A DNA stretch of 32,544 nt, taken from contig CANDFN010000002.1 of the NCBI GenBank assembly GCA_947384015.1, positions 1 through 32,544 of the forward strand, given 5' to 3'. This document shows positions 25,679 to 32,544 of the stretch, piece by piece. The DNA comes from an uncultured Clostridia bacterium (GTDB lineage: Bacteria > Bacillota > Clostridia > Christensenellales > UBA1242). The position numbers were made by a program, and so were the translations under genes. Each line of letters starts with the position of its first letter. Positions within the stretch are counted from its first letter, which is position 1. A model generated the notes under the pieces. That model did no database searches and was not told where the DNA came from. It saw only the letters and a program-made list of their open reading frames with translations.

Positions 25679-26584
25679 TTACACCTTTATTTCTAAAAAT
25701 TTTGTTAAAAAGTATTTAGAAAGGTTTGTTAAATTGCCATTTTCGTAAACCAAGCAAATTTCTATTTTTGGCAGTTCTTGCTTAACTTTTATTTCTAACA
25801 ATTCGCCATTTTTTAAATCGTCCAAAATTAAATCTTTCATAACATAGCCGATGCCTGCATCTTTTTTTACCGCACTAATTATCATCTCGCTAGTATGAAT
25901 ATTTATTATGTTATTTAGTGTAACCTTATTGCTTTTCAATACTTCGTCTAAAGCTCTTCTGTTTGCTGTGTTTGGTATTGGTAAAATTATAGGATATTCC
26001 TGTAAATTTGTTAAGTTGCTAATCTTTTCTATTTTACTTAGTGGAAATTTATTGTTAACAAAAAAGCAATTTTCAAATTCCTTAATGGGTTTTACTTCTA
26101 TATTCTTTTCTGTTACACGCACAGGGGCTGTATCTATAACAAAATTGAGTTCGTGCTTTTTTAATTGATTTAAAAGTTCGGTAGTAGTTTTGCTTACTAT
26201 TGTTATTTCTATGTTAGGGTAAAGTTTATGAAATTTAGATATTGCTTCAAACAAATACACCGCACCTATTTGACTTGGCACACCTATTGTAATAGAGCCA
26301 ATATCAATGCTGTCTAACTGCTTGATATCATTTTCTGTTTGATTAATTGTTTCAAAGATTTTTTCTACGGCACTAAAAAGCACCTTGCCTTTTTCCGTTA
26401 ATTCCACACCATTAATTGCCCTATAAAAAAGTTGTGCATTATACACTTCTTCCAACTGTTTTATTGCACGACTTATTGCAGGTTGAGAGGTAAAATACTT
26501 TTCTGCGGTTTTGGTAATATTACCCTCTTTTGCCACATTATAAAAAGTTTTTAACAAATTTAAATTTACTTCGTTTAATTTCAT
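25679..26584 (-). CDS. LysR family transcriptional regulator
   Basis: N-terminal wHTH LNLLKTFYNVAKEGNITKTAEKYFTSQPAISRAIKQLEE followed by a substrate-binding-type C-terminal domain; 301 aa. No SD; ATG lies 6 nt after TGaTATAAT. Confidence 0.88.
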   Translation of the reverse strand: MKLNEVNLNLLKTFYNVAKEGNITKTAEKYFTSQPAISRAIKQLEEVYNAQLFYRAINGVELTEKGKVLFSAVEKIFETINQTENDIKQLDSIDIGSITIGVPSQIGAVYLFEAISKFHKLYPNIEITIVSKTTTELLNQLKKHELNFVIDTAPVRVTEKNIEVKPIKEFENCFFVNNKFPLSKIEKISNLTNLQEYPIILPIPNTANRRALDEVLKSNKVTLNNIINIHTSEMIISAVKKDAGIGYVMKDLILDDLKNGELLEIKVKQELPKIEICLVYENGNLTNLSKYFLTKFLEIKV

Positions 26585-26674
26585 AAAGCGATTATATCAC
26601 AAAACAAATTTTAAACCAAACATTTTATTGGTTGTAGAAATTTAGTTTAAATTATAAAAAGCAAAATAATTTAT

Positions 26675-26703
26675 TTGTATTAAATTATTTAATATGTTAT
26701 AAT
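26675..26703 (+). promoter_or_regulatory. Promoter of eno-cmk
   Basis: TTGTAT (26675-80), 17-nt spacer ending in the extended -10 dinucleotide TG (26695-96), then TATAAT (26698-26703). Followed by a leader with AAGGAGA SD. Confidence 0.5.
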
Positions 26704-26728
26704 TTTATTAAGAAATAAGGAGATAAAA

Positions 26729-27982
26729 ATGAAAATTAAATCCATTAAAGCTTATGAAGCAATAGACAGCCGTGGTAACCCTACAGTAGAGTGTGAAGTA
26801 ACTCTTGTTAACGGCGTTAAAGCAAATGCTCTTGTGCCAAGCGGTGCATCAACTGGGGAAAGAGAAGCTTTAGAATTGCGAGACGGTGGCACTCGTTTTT
26901 CTGGCAAAGGCGTTTTAAAAGCTGTTGAAAATGTTAACAAAATTATTGCAAAAGCTATTGTTGGTATGGACGTTAGCAAGCAAGAAGAAATTGATAAAAA
27001 AATGATTGCCTTAGATGGCACAGAATTTAAAACCAAACTGGGTGCAAATGCAATGCTTTCTGTAAGCCTTGCTGTGGCACGCGCAAATGCAATATACAAA
27101 AATAAAGAATTATTTAAAAGCCTAGGTAAAGGCAACTCATTACCTATGCCAATGCTTAACGTTATTAACGGTGGTGCGCATGCAAACAGCAGTGTAGATT
27201 TTCAAGAATATATGATTGTGCCAGTTGGCGCAAAAACAATGGCAGAGGCTGTGCGCATATCTGCAGAAGTGTTTGCAAGTTTAAAAAAGATTGTAAACAA
27301 AATGGGCTTTTCCACCGCTGTTGGTGACGAAGGTGGTTTTGCACCAAACTTTAAGGATAACGAGCAACCTTTAGAGGTTATTTGCGAGGCAATTAAAGCC
27401 GCTGGTTACACCCCTAAAAAAGATGTATGTATTGCATTGGATGTTGCTGCAAGCGAATTTTATAATGCAAAAACAAAGAAATACGAACTTAAAAAAAGCA
27501 ACAGCGGAGAACTTACCACAGCACAAATGATAACATTACTTGCAAACCTTGTTAAGAAATACCCTATTATTTCTATAGAAGATGGTCTAGACCAAAACGA
27601 CTGGGCTGGTTGGCAAAAGTTAAATACAAGGCTTGGCAATAAAATTCAAATTGTTGGGGATGATTTATTTGTAACCAACCCAACCTTTTTAAAACAAGGC
27701 ATTGAATGTAAAGCTGCAAACGCAATTTTAATTAAGTTAAATCAAATTGGCACATTAACCGAAACCCTGCAAACCATCACCTTAGCAAAAGAAAATGGTT
27801 ATGCAACAATAATCTCTCATCGCAGTGGCGAAACTGAAGATACTTTTATTGCAGACCTTGCTGTTGCCGTAGATGCTGGTCAAATAAAAACTGGTTCTAT
27901 GTCTAGGTCTGAAAGAGTTGCAAAATACAATCAATTATTGCGCATAGAACGTGCATTAGGTAAAAAAGCAAAATTTAATTAA
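26729..27982 (+). CDS. eno: Enolase (phosphopyruvate hydratase)
   Basis: [23 protein letters not shown] and [22 protein letters not shown] motifs; 417 aa. Confidence 0.95.
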   Translation: MKIKSIKAYEAIDSRGNPTVECEVTLVNGVKANALVPSGASTGEREALELRDGGTRFSGKGVLKAVENVNKIIAKAIVGMDVSKQEEIDKKMIALDGTEFKTKLGANAMLSVSLAVARANAIYKNKELFKSLGKGNSLPMPMLNVINGGAHANSSVDFQEYMIVPVGAKTMAEAVRISAEVFASLKKIVNKMGFSTAVGDEGGFAPNFKDNEQPLEVICEAIKAAGYTPKKDVCIALDVAASEFYNAKTKKYELKKSNSGELTTAQMITLLANLVKKYPIISIEDGLDQNDWAGWQKLNTRLGNKIQIVGDDLFVTNPTFLKQGIECKAANAILIKLNQIGTLTETLQTITLAKENGYATIISHRSGETEDTFIADLAVAVDAGQIKTGSMSRSERVAKYNQLLRIERALGKKAKFN

Positions 27983-28016
27983 TACATTTAATATTTTAAA
28001 ATAAAAAAGGAACTAT

Positions 28017-28670
28017 ATGATAATTTCTATTGATGGACCAGCAGGAAGCGGAAAGTCTACCGTAGCCGGAAAACTTGCACATAAACTGGGGTTTGTTCAT
28101 TTTAATTCTGGTAAGCTTTATCGTGCAATAACTGCACACCTTATTTATAACGATTTTGATTTAACAAATATCTCAACTACCACCATAAACTTTCCTGTTC
28201 AATTAGAGGCAAAATTTAAAAATGGTGTTCAACACGTATTTGTTAATGGTAAAGACTACACCCAACACTTATACGAAAATATTATTTCTGTAAATGCCCC
28301 ACTTGTTAGCAAAAACCCCTACTTTAGAAGTGTAATTGATGTATGCCAAAGAGATTTTGCAAAACAATATAATTTAGTTGTAGATGGTAGAGATATTGGA
28401 AGTTTTGTTTTCCCTAATGCCGATATTAAATTTTATTTAGATTGTGCCATTGAAGAACGCGCAAGAAGAAGATTTAAAGAACTTGGCGGAACAGTTAACA
28501 TGCAACAACTTATTAAAGAAATTGAAGAACGTGACCACATTGATAAAACAAAAAAAGTAGCTCCTCTTGTTGTGCCTAAGGGTGCACATGTTGTAGATTC
28601 TACAAACCTTACCATAAACGAAGTTGTAGAAGAATTATATAAAATTGTGCAAAAAACTAAACGCATATAA
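28017..28670 (+). CDS. cmk: Cytidylate kinase
   Basis: IISIDGPAGSGKST P-loop, GKLYRA and DGRDIGS motifs; 217 aa. AGGAA SD. Confidence 0.9.
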   Translation: MIISIDGPAGSGKSTVAGKLAHKLGFVHFNSGKLYRAITAHLIYNDFDLTNISTTTINFPVQLEAKFKNGVQHVFVNGKDYTQHLYENIISVNAPLVSKNPYFRSVIDVCQRDFAKQYNLVVDGRDIGSFVFPNADIKFYLDCAIEERARRRFKELGGTVNMQQLIKEIEERDHIDKTKKVAPLVVPKGAHVVDSTNLTINEVVEELYKIVQKTKRI

Positions 28671-28683
28671 TATGAATGTAATT

Positions 28684-28710
28684 AATCACCATTAATTTGG
28701 TGATTTTTTT
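28684..28710 (+). terminator. Rho-independent terminator after cmk
   Basis: AATCACCA (28684-91) pairs with TGGTGATT (28698-705), followed by a T-run to 28710. Confidence 0.7.
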
Positions 28711-28829
28711 CTTTATTATTGCGCTTTTTATCTATAATTGTTTAATATATTTATTTATAAAATTATATTCATATTCATTTAACTTTTATAATATATGCCC
28801 GCAAGGGGTAAAATTTATTAACAGCCCTA

Positions 28830-28857
28830 TTGACAAATTACAAATATGTGGTAAAAT
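28830..28857 (+). promoter_or_regulatory. Sigma-A promoter of the 205-aa hypothetical gene
   Basis: TTGACA (28830-35), 16 nt, then TGgTAAAAT (hexamer at 28852-57). Confidence 0.6.
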
Positions 28858-28877
28858 AATTTTATACGGGGGTTAAC

Positions 28878-29495
28878 ATGATTTACGAGTTAAACAGAGC
28901 AAATAGCAAAAACGTTCAAAAACATTTAGGTTCTTTATTTAATTTTATAAAATCTCAAAGGGTAAAATCTGGCGCTTTTAAAAGTGCAAGCACTCACAAC
29001 TATTGCATTGCTTTATTTATGGATGGTATATTATCTGCTTGCGATGTTGAAGAATTTGATTATTTTGATGAGCTTAAACGCAACCTAATTCCAGAAGTTG
29101 GTATGGGTGTTGATTACTACTCTTTTACTGATGGTTATATATATGCAAAAAATTTTAATACTTTTAAAGTTAATATTAAGTTAGAAGAGCTTTCAGATTT
29201 ATTATGTCGCGAGATTGGTAAAAAAGTTGTTGAAACTCCATATAATAAAGAAGTAGACAAAATCAACTTTGATCACTATTCTTATAGGCTATTCATAACT
29301 ATACTTGAAAATTACATAAATTCAGTAAAAAGCCAAGACCCTAATTTAGACAACGTTACGTTTAGCGAATATCTTCAAGTTCAGTTTACTGCAGTTGCAG
29401 TTAAGAAGATGAAAACAATTGTTGAAATGGCTGAAAGCGGCGATCTTGATGATTTTATTAATGCAATAGTTGGGGTTATTATTCCTAAAAATTAA
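28878..29495 (+). CDS. Hypothetical protein (205 aa)
   Basis: GGGGG SD and own strong promoter. No motif recognised. Immediately precedes the large repeat-protein gene. Confidence 0.55.
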   Translation: MIYELNRANSKNVQKHLGSLFNFIKSQRVKSGAFKSASTHNYCIALFMDGILSACDVEEFDYFDELKRNLIPEVGMGVDYYSFTDGYIYAKNFNTFKVNIKLEELSDLLCREIGKKVVETPYNKEVDKINFDHYSYRLFITILENYINSVKSQDPNLDNVTFSEYLQVQFTAVAVKKMKTIVEMAESGDLDDFINAIVGVIIPKN

Positions 29496-29552
29496 TGTCA
29501 AAATTAGTGTAATAAAAACAGTTAAAAATCATATAAAAATTTTAATTAGGTA

Positions 29553-29581
29553 TTGACAAAATATCAATTATGTATTATAAT
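29553..29581 (+). promoter_or_regulatory. Perfect-consensus sigma-A promoter of the large ORF
   Basis: TTGACA (29553-58), exactly 17 nt, then TATAAT (29576-81). Confidence 0.7.
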
Positions 29582-29621
29582 TTAGTTATAAAAATAAATT
29601 CTTTGTTAAGGGAGGAGAATT

Positions 29622-32544
29622 ATGATTGTAGATCCTAAAGTAATTATTAAGTTATTTAATGAGTATTTAGAGGGAGATAATAAAAAAGTAAAAGGGGACT
29701 ATTCTTCTTTTGAAGCTTTCATTGCGTCTAGAAAAGGAAAGAAAGAACCATATTTTGACGGTTATGCAAAAGCTGACAGCATAGATCTTACTAAACTTGC
29801 TAAAACTGTTGATGGCGACTACAACGCTGACGATATAGTAAATAAGAAGTATGCTGAACTTTTAGTTTATTTGGCAAAAGAACCTCCACTAACAGTTAGA
29901 AATACAAAAGCTTCTCTTACCGAATATATTCGCCCACTATTATCTGCCCTTATCACTAAAGAAGCATATTTAAACATTAAACCTGTAGATAAAGCAGTTA
30001 TTGCTACCGAAAGTAAAAAAACAGAAAATGCGTATGTTACTTTTATTTCTACTGAAGATATAGAAAAGTTAAATGAATTATTAACAACTACTGGTAACGG
30101 AATGTTAAGAACAAACGAAAAAATTCGTAAAACCAAACCATTGGCAAAGTTCTGGACAGTATTTAGAAAATACCTTCTCCCTCCTGTATTGGTTGGCGGA
30201 GCAGCTGCAACGGCAGGTTGGCTAACAACAATGTTTGTTCAAGCAGGAACTAATATATTATGGACTGGTAGCGTTGCAGGCACAGCATTATCATTTGGAG
30301 CACTTGGTGTTGCTGGCACACTTGGAGTTATTGGTGCTGTTAAAGCTGCAAAAGCATTTACAAGATTATATTATGAACGCAAATATGGCAGAACCGCTAA
30401 AAAGAATGATGCACTTTTAAATGAATTAAACGAATTTGATGAAGAACACATTACTAGTTATGACGATTTAGTTAAAACTGCTGGCGCCCTTCCAATAGTA
30501 AAATTAATGGAACTTATTAGAAAGAAAGATGAATTAATCTTAAAAAGAAGAGGCCTTGCAAGTTGGTTAAACCCATTAACTAGAACAATGAATCGTAATA
30601 GATTACACGAATTAATGCGTTATAAACAAAAACTTGCTGACATTGATGCAGCCGACCCATCTTACAGCAAACTTAAACTTTTAGAAAAACACCTTGACAC
30701 TTTCTTATTAGCAAATATGGAAAACTACTTTAAACAAACTCGCAGAACAAAAAATAAAGCAAAATTCCAAAATGCAGATATAGAAGCTAAACATGTTATG
30801 CATTCTAAAAAACTAGTTGATGTGCGTAGTTACATAAATAAAAGACTTGCAGAAATAGCTTCTCTACATGTGTTTGGAGCAAACGCAGATCCTACCCTAA
30901 TTATTGAAGCTACTGACATGAGAAAAGTTCAAAAAACCGAAGGTAAAACAAGCAAGAAAACTAAAAAGGCAACAAAGCCAGAAGTTAAGAAAGACAAACC
31001 TGTTAAGCACGAAGTTAACGGCAAAACTCTTTATGTAAAAGATGGAAAGATTTACACTGACGAAGAATGCAAAACAATAACTACAGATTATACCTTAAAA
31101 CATGGTGCACCTGTTAAAACAGAAACTGATAAACCTAAAACAGAACTTGATAAAGTCCTAGAGGAAATAGACAAACTTATTAGCATAAAAGATGAAAAGG
31201 AGATAAAAAAAATGACCTATTCCGAACAAGTAGAGTACTTTGATAAATTAATTGCTTTGAAAAACAAACAATTACAAGCAGCTATTAAGGCTGGTGGATT
31301 TGAAAGCGAGATGTTGTTTAAAGCCTACCAAGAATCTATTAATGCTGAAATTGCAGACTTAGAAGCCAAACGTAAAGAAGCTGTTGCTAAATTATCAGAA
31401 GAAGAATCTATTGTAGTAAAGACCGTAAAATTAGGTCTTATAAAAAAACTAGAATTTAAATATAACAAAGTTACTGGTTTGGTAGATTCTGTAATAACTG
31501 CTGGTTACACCAGTGCTAGCCATAATGGTGAAGTTGGCTGGATTAGTAAAGATAGTAAATATTTCATAGACAACAAAGGAAATGTTACAGTTGTTTCTGA
31601 CGAATTACAAAATGGTCTAAGAACAATCACTGTTGCTGGTGCAAAAAGAGAAATTAAGTATAAATATAAAACCGATGATGGCTCAGTTGTTTCTATCACC
31701 ACATCAGGCTTTACTGTAAAAACTTATGAAGGTGAAGAAGGTTGGGTAAGCGCAGACGGAAGAGTGTTTATAAATAAAGATGCAAAAACAAAAGTTATTC
31801 CTCTTAAAAAAGTTTCTGCTGACGACGGCGCTACTTTATACTTAAATGAAACAACCAAAGAATTATTCACAGATGTAGACGGAGCTAAACCAGTAAAAAA
31901 AGACACTTATTTCATAGATGCTGCAGACAACGTTCTTGCCGTTTGGGAAGTTAAAGTTGTTAAAGATGAAGCTGAAAAAGTTGCTTACAATAGACAAACA
32001 AAGAAATTCTATAAAGAAGACAAGAAAACTATTTTAACTGATATTGAAATAGTTGGTGGCGAATTTGTTAGAAAAACCATATCTGCCCTAATTGAAAAAA
32101 CATATGGATCAGATAAAGTTTGGGTAGACCCAACAAGCAAAAAGGTTTATAAAAATAATGCAGGTAAAGCTGGCGATGAATTAGCGGACCTCACCTACAA
32201 TGGCACCGAAGTTATTGAAAAAGTTAAAACTAGAAAGAAATCTCCTAAAGAAATTGTTGAAGAACAAGAAACCACTGTTATAGCTATAGACGGCACTGAG
32301 GTTAAAGTTAAAGCTAAAGTTAAAGTTGTTGAAGGTAAAGATCCTCAAATTGTTGAAATTTTAGAAGTTTTAACTGCTGGCTACAAACTTAACGATAAAG
32401 GTGAAGTTATTAAAGCCACTACTACCAAGAAAAAGAAAACTGCTAAAATAGAAGAACAAGAAACCACCGTTAAAGCTACAGACGGCACCGAGGTTAAAGT
32501 TAAAGCTAAAGTTAAAGTTGTTGAAGGTAAAGATCCTCAAATTG
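29622..32544 (+). CDS. Large membrane-anchored repeat protein of unknown function, 3'-incomplete (at least 974 aa); absent from the ORF track
   Basis: I translated it by hand. ATG 29622 follows GGAGGAG, and the frame has no stop through the last base of the window. It has a soluble N-terminal region of about 185 aa and a Gly/Ala-rich hydrophobic hairpin (LLPPVLVGGAAATAGWLTTMFV...GTALSFGALGVAGTLGVIGAV, about 30174-30345). After these come a charged helical region, a Lys-rich linker and C-terminal beta-type repeats. The four track ORFs in 29867-31906 are shadow ORFs inside it. Confidence 0.75.
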   Translation, partial: MIVDPKVIIKLFNEYLEGDNKKVKGDYSSFEAFIASRKGKKEPYFDGYAKADSIDLTKLAKTVDGDYNADDIVNKKYAELLVYLAKEPPLTVRNTKASLTEYIRPLLSALITKEAYLNIKPVDKAVIATESKKTENAYVTFISTEDIEKLNELLTTTGNGMLRTNEKIRKTKPLAKFWTVFRKYLLPPVLVGGAAATAGWLTTMFVQAGTNILWTGSVAGTALSFGALGVAGTLGVIGAVKAAKAFTRLYYERKYGRTAKKNDALLNELNEFDEEHITSYDDLVKTAGALPIVKLMELIRKKDELILKRRGLASWLNPLTRTMNRNRLHELMRYKQKLADIDAADPSYSKLKLLEKHLDTFLLANMENYFKQTRRTKNKAKFQNADIEAKHVMHSKKLVDVRSYINKRLAEIASLHVFGANADPTLIIEATDMRKVQKTEGKTSKKTKKATKPEVKKDKPVKHEVNGKTLYVKDGKIYTDEECKTITTDYTLKHGAPVKTETDKPKTELDKVLEEIDKLISIKDEKEIKKMTYSEQVEYFDKLIALKNKQLQAAIKAGGFESEMLFKAYQESINAEIADLEAKRKEAVAKLSEEESIVVKTVKLGLIKKLEFKYNKVTGLVDSVITAGYTSASHNGEVGWISKDSKYFIDNKGNVTVVSDELQNGLRTITVAGAKREIKYKYKTDDGSVVSITTSGFTVKTYEGEEGWVSADGRVFINKDAKTKVIPLKKVSADDGATLYLNETTKELFTDVDGAKPVKKDTYFIDAADNVLAVWEVKVVKDEAEKVAYNRQTKKFYKEDKKTILTDIEIVGGEFVRKTISALIEKTYGSDKVWVDPTSKKVYKNNAGKAGDELADLTYNGTEVIEKVKTRKKSPKEIVEEQETTVIAIDGTEVKVKAKVKVVEGKDPQIVEILEVLTAGYKLNDKGEVIKATTTKKKKTAKIEEQETTVKATDGTEVKVKAKVKVVEGKDPQI
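32259..32544 (+). repeat. 192-bp (64-codon) in-frame tandem repeat, 1.5 copies, cut by the contig end
   Basis: GAAGAACAAGAAACCAC... at 32259 recurs at 32451. The last 52 nt of the window (GTTAAAGTTAAAGCTAAAGTTAAAGTTGTTGAAGGTAAAGATCCTCAAATTG) are identical to 32301-32352. Confidence 0.9.

Noticed and set aside
29867-31906. Track ORFs 29867..30136(-), 30235..30420(+), 31505..31702(-) and 31724..31906(-).
   Set aside because: All lie inside the uninterrupted frame of at least 974 codons that starts at 29622 with a strong SD and consensus promoter. They are shadow ORFs of that gene.
1-32544. Search by eye for CRISPR arrays, tRNA/rRNA genes, IS elements or transposases, integrases, toxin-antitoxin pairs, reverse transcriptases and known defence-system genes.
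   Set aside because: None found. The only sizeable nucleotide repeats are the 133-bp leader duplication and the 192-bp coding repeat. No T-loop-like GGTTCGAATCC motifs and no spacer-repeat periodicity were seen.

Overview
AT-rich chromosomal contig from an endospore-forming Firmicute of Clostridia type (spoIVA is present). It shows draft-assembly artefacts. Layout: (i) 1-43 is Illumina adapter, not genome. (ii) 44 to about 5.7 kb is a phage packaging-module fragment on the minus strand: large terminase, two small genes, portal and a truncated Gp37/Gp68 (DUF5131) gene. An opposite-strand membrane gene and a sigma-r4-like regulator lie beside it. No integrase, small terminase or att site is visible. 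(iii) 5.8-28.7 kb is housekeeping and sporulation: polysaccharide deacetylase coupled to a tandem-OB protein, a Thr/Lys-rich membrane protein, spoIVA, a T-box-controlled aspS-asnS operon, lgt, glmM, ung, two GNATs (one frameshifted), ileS, acpS, recX, an N-terminally short RlmN/Cfr-family radical SAM gene, a LysR regulator, eno and cmk. (iv) 28.9 kb to the end is a two-gene module of unknown function with consensus promoters. Its second gene, a repeat-rich membrane protein of at least 974 aa, is missing from the ORF track because it runs off the contig end. Most notable observations: a 14-codon Ile-rich leader ORF with mutually exclusive antiterminator/terminator helices upstream of ileS, where no canonical T-box core is evident; six start codons placed exactly 6 nt after a -10 box with no SD (leaderless architecture); an Asn-specifier (AAC, overlapping GAA) T-box in front of aspS-asnS that carries a perfect 133-bp tandem duplication; and the unannotated large ORF. 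I saw no CRISPR array, tRNA, rRNA, transposase or recognisable defence system. All functional calls rest on motif recognition by eye, without database searches.
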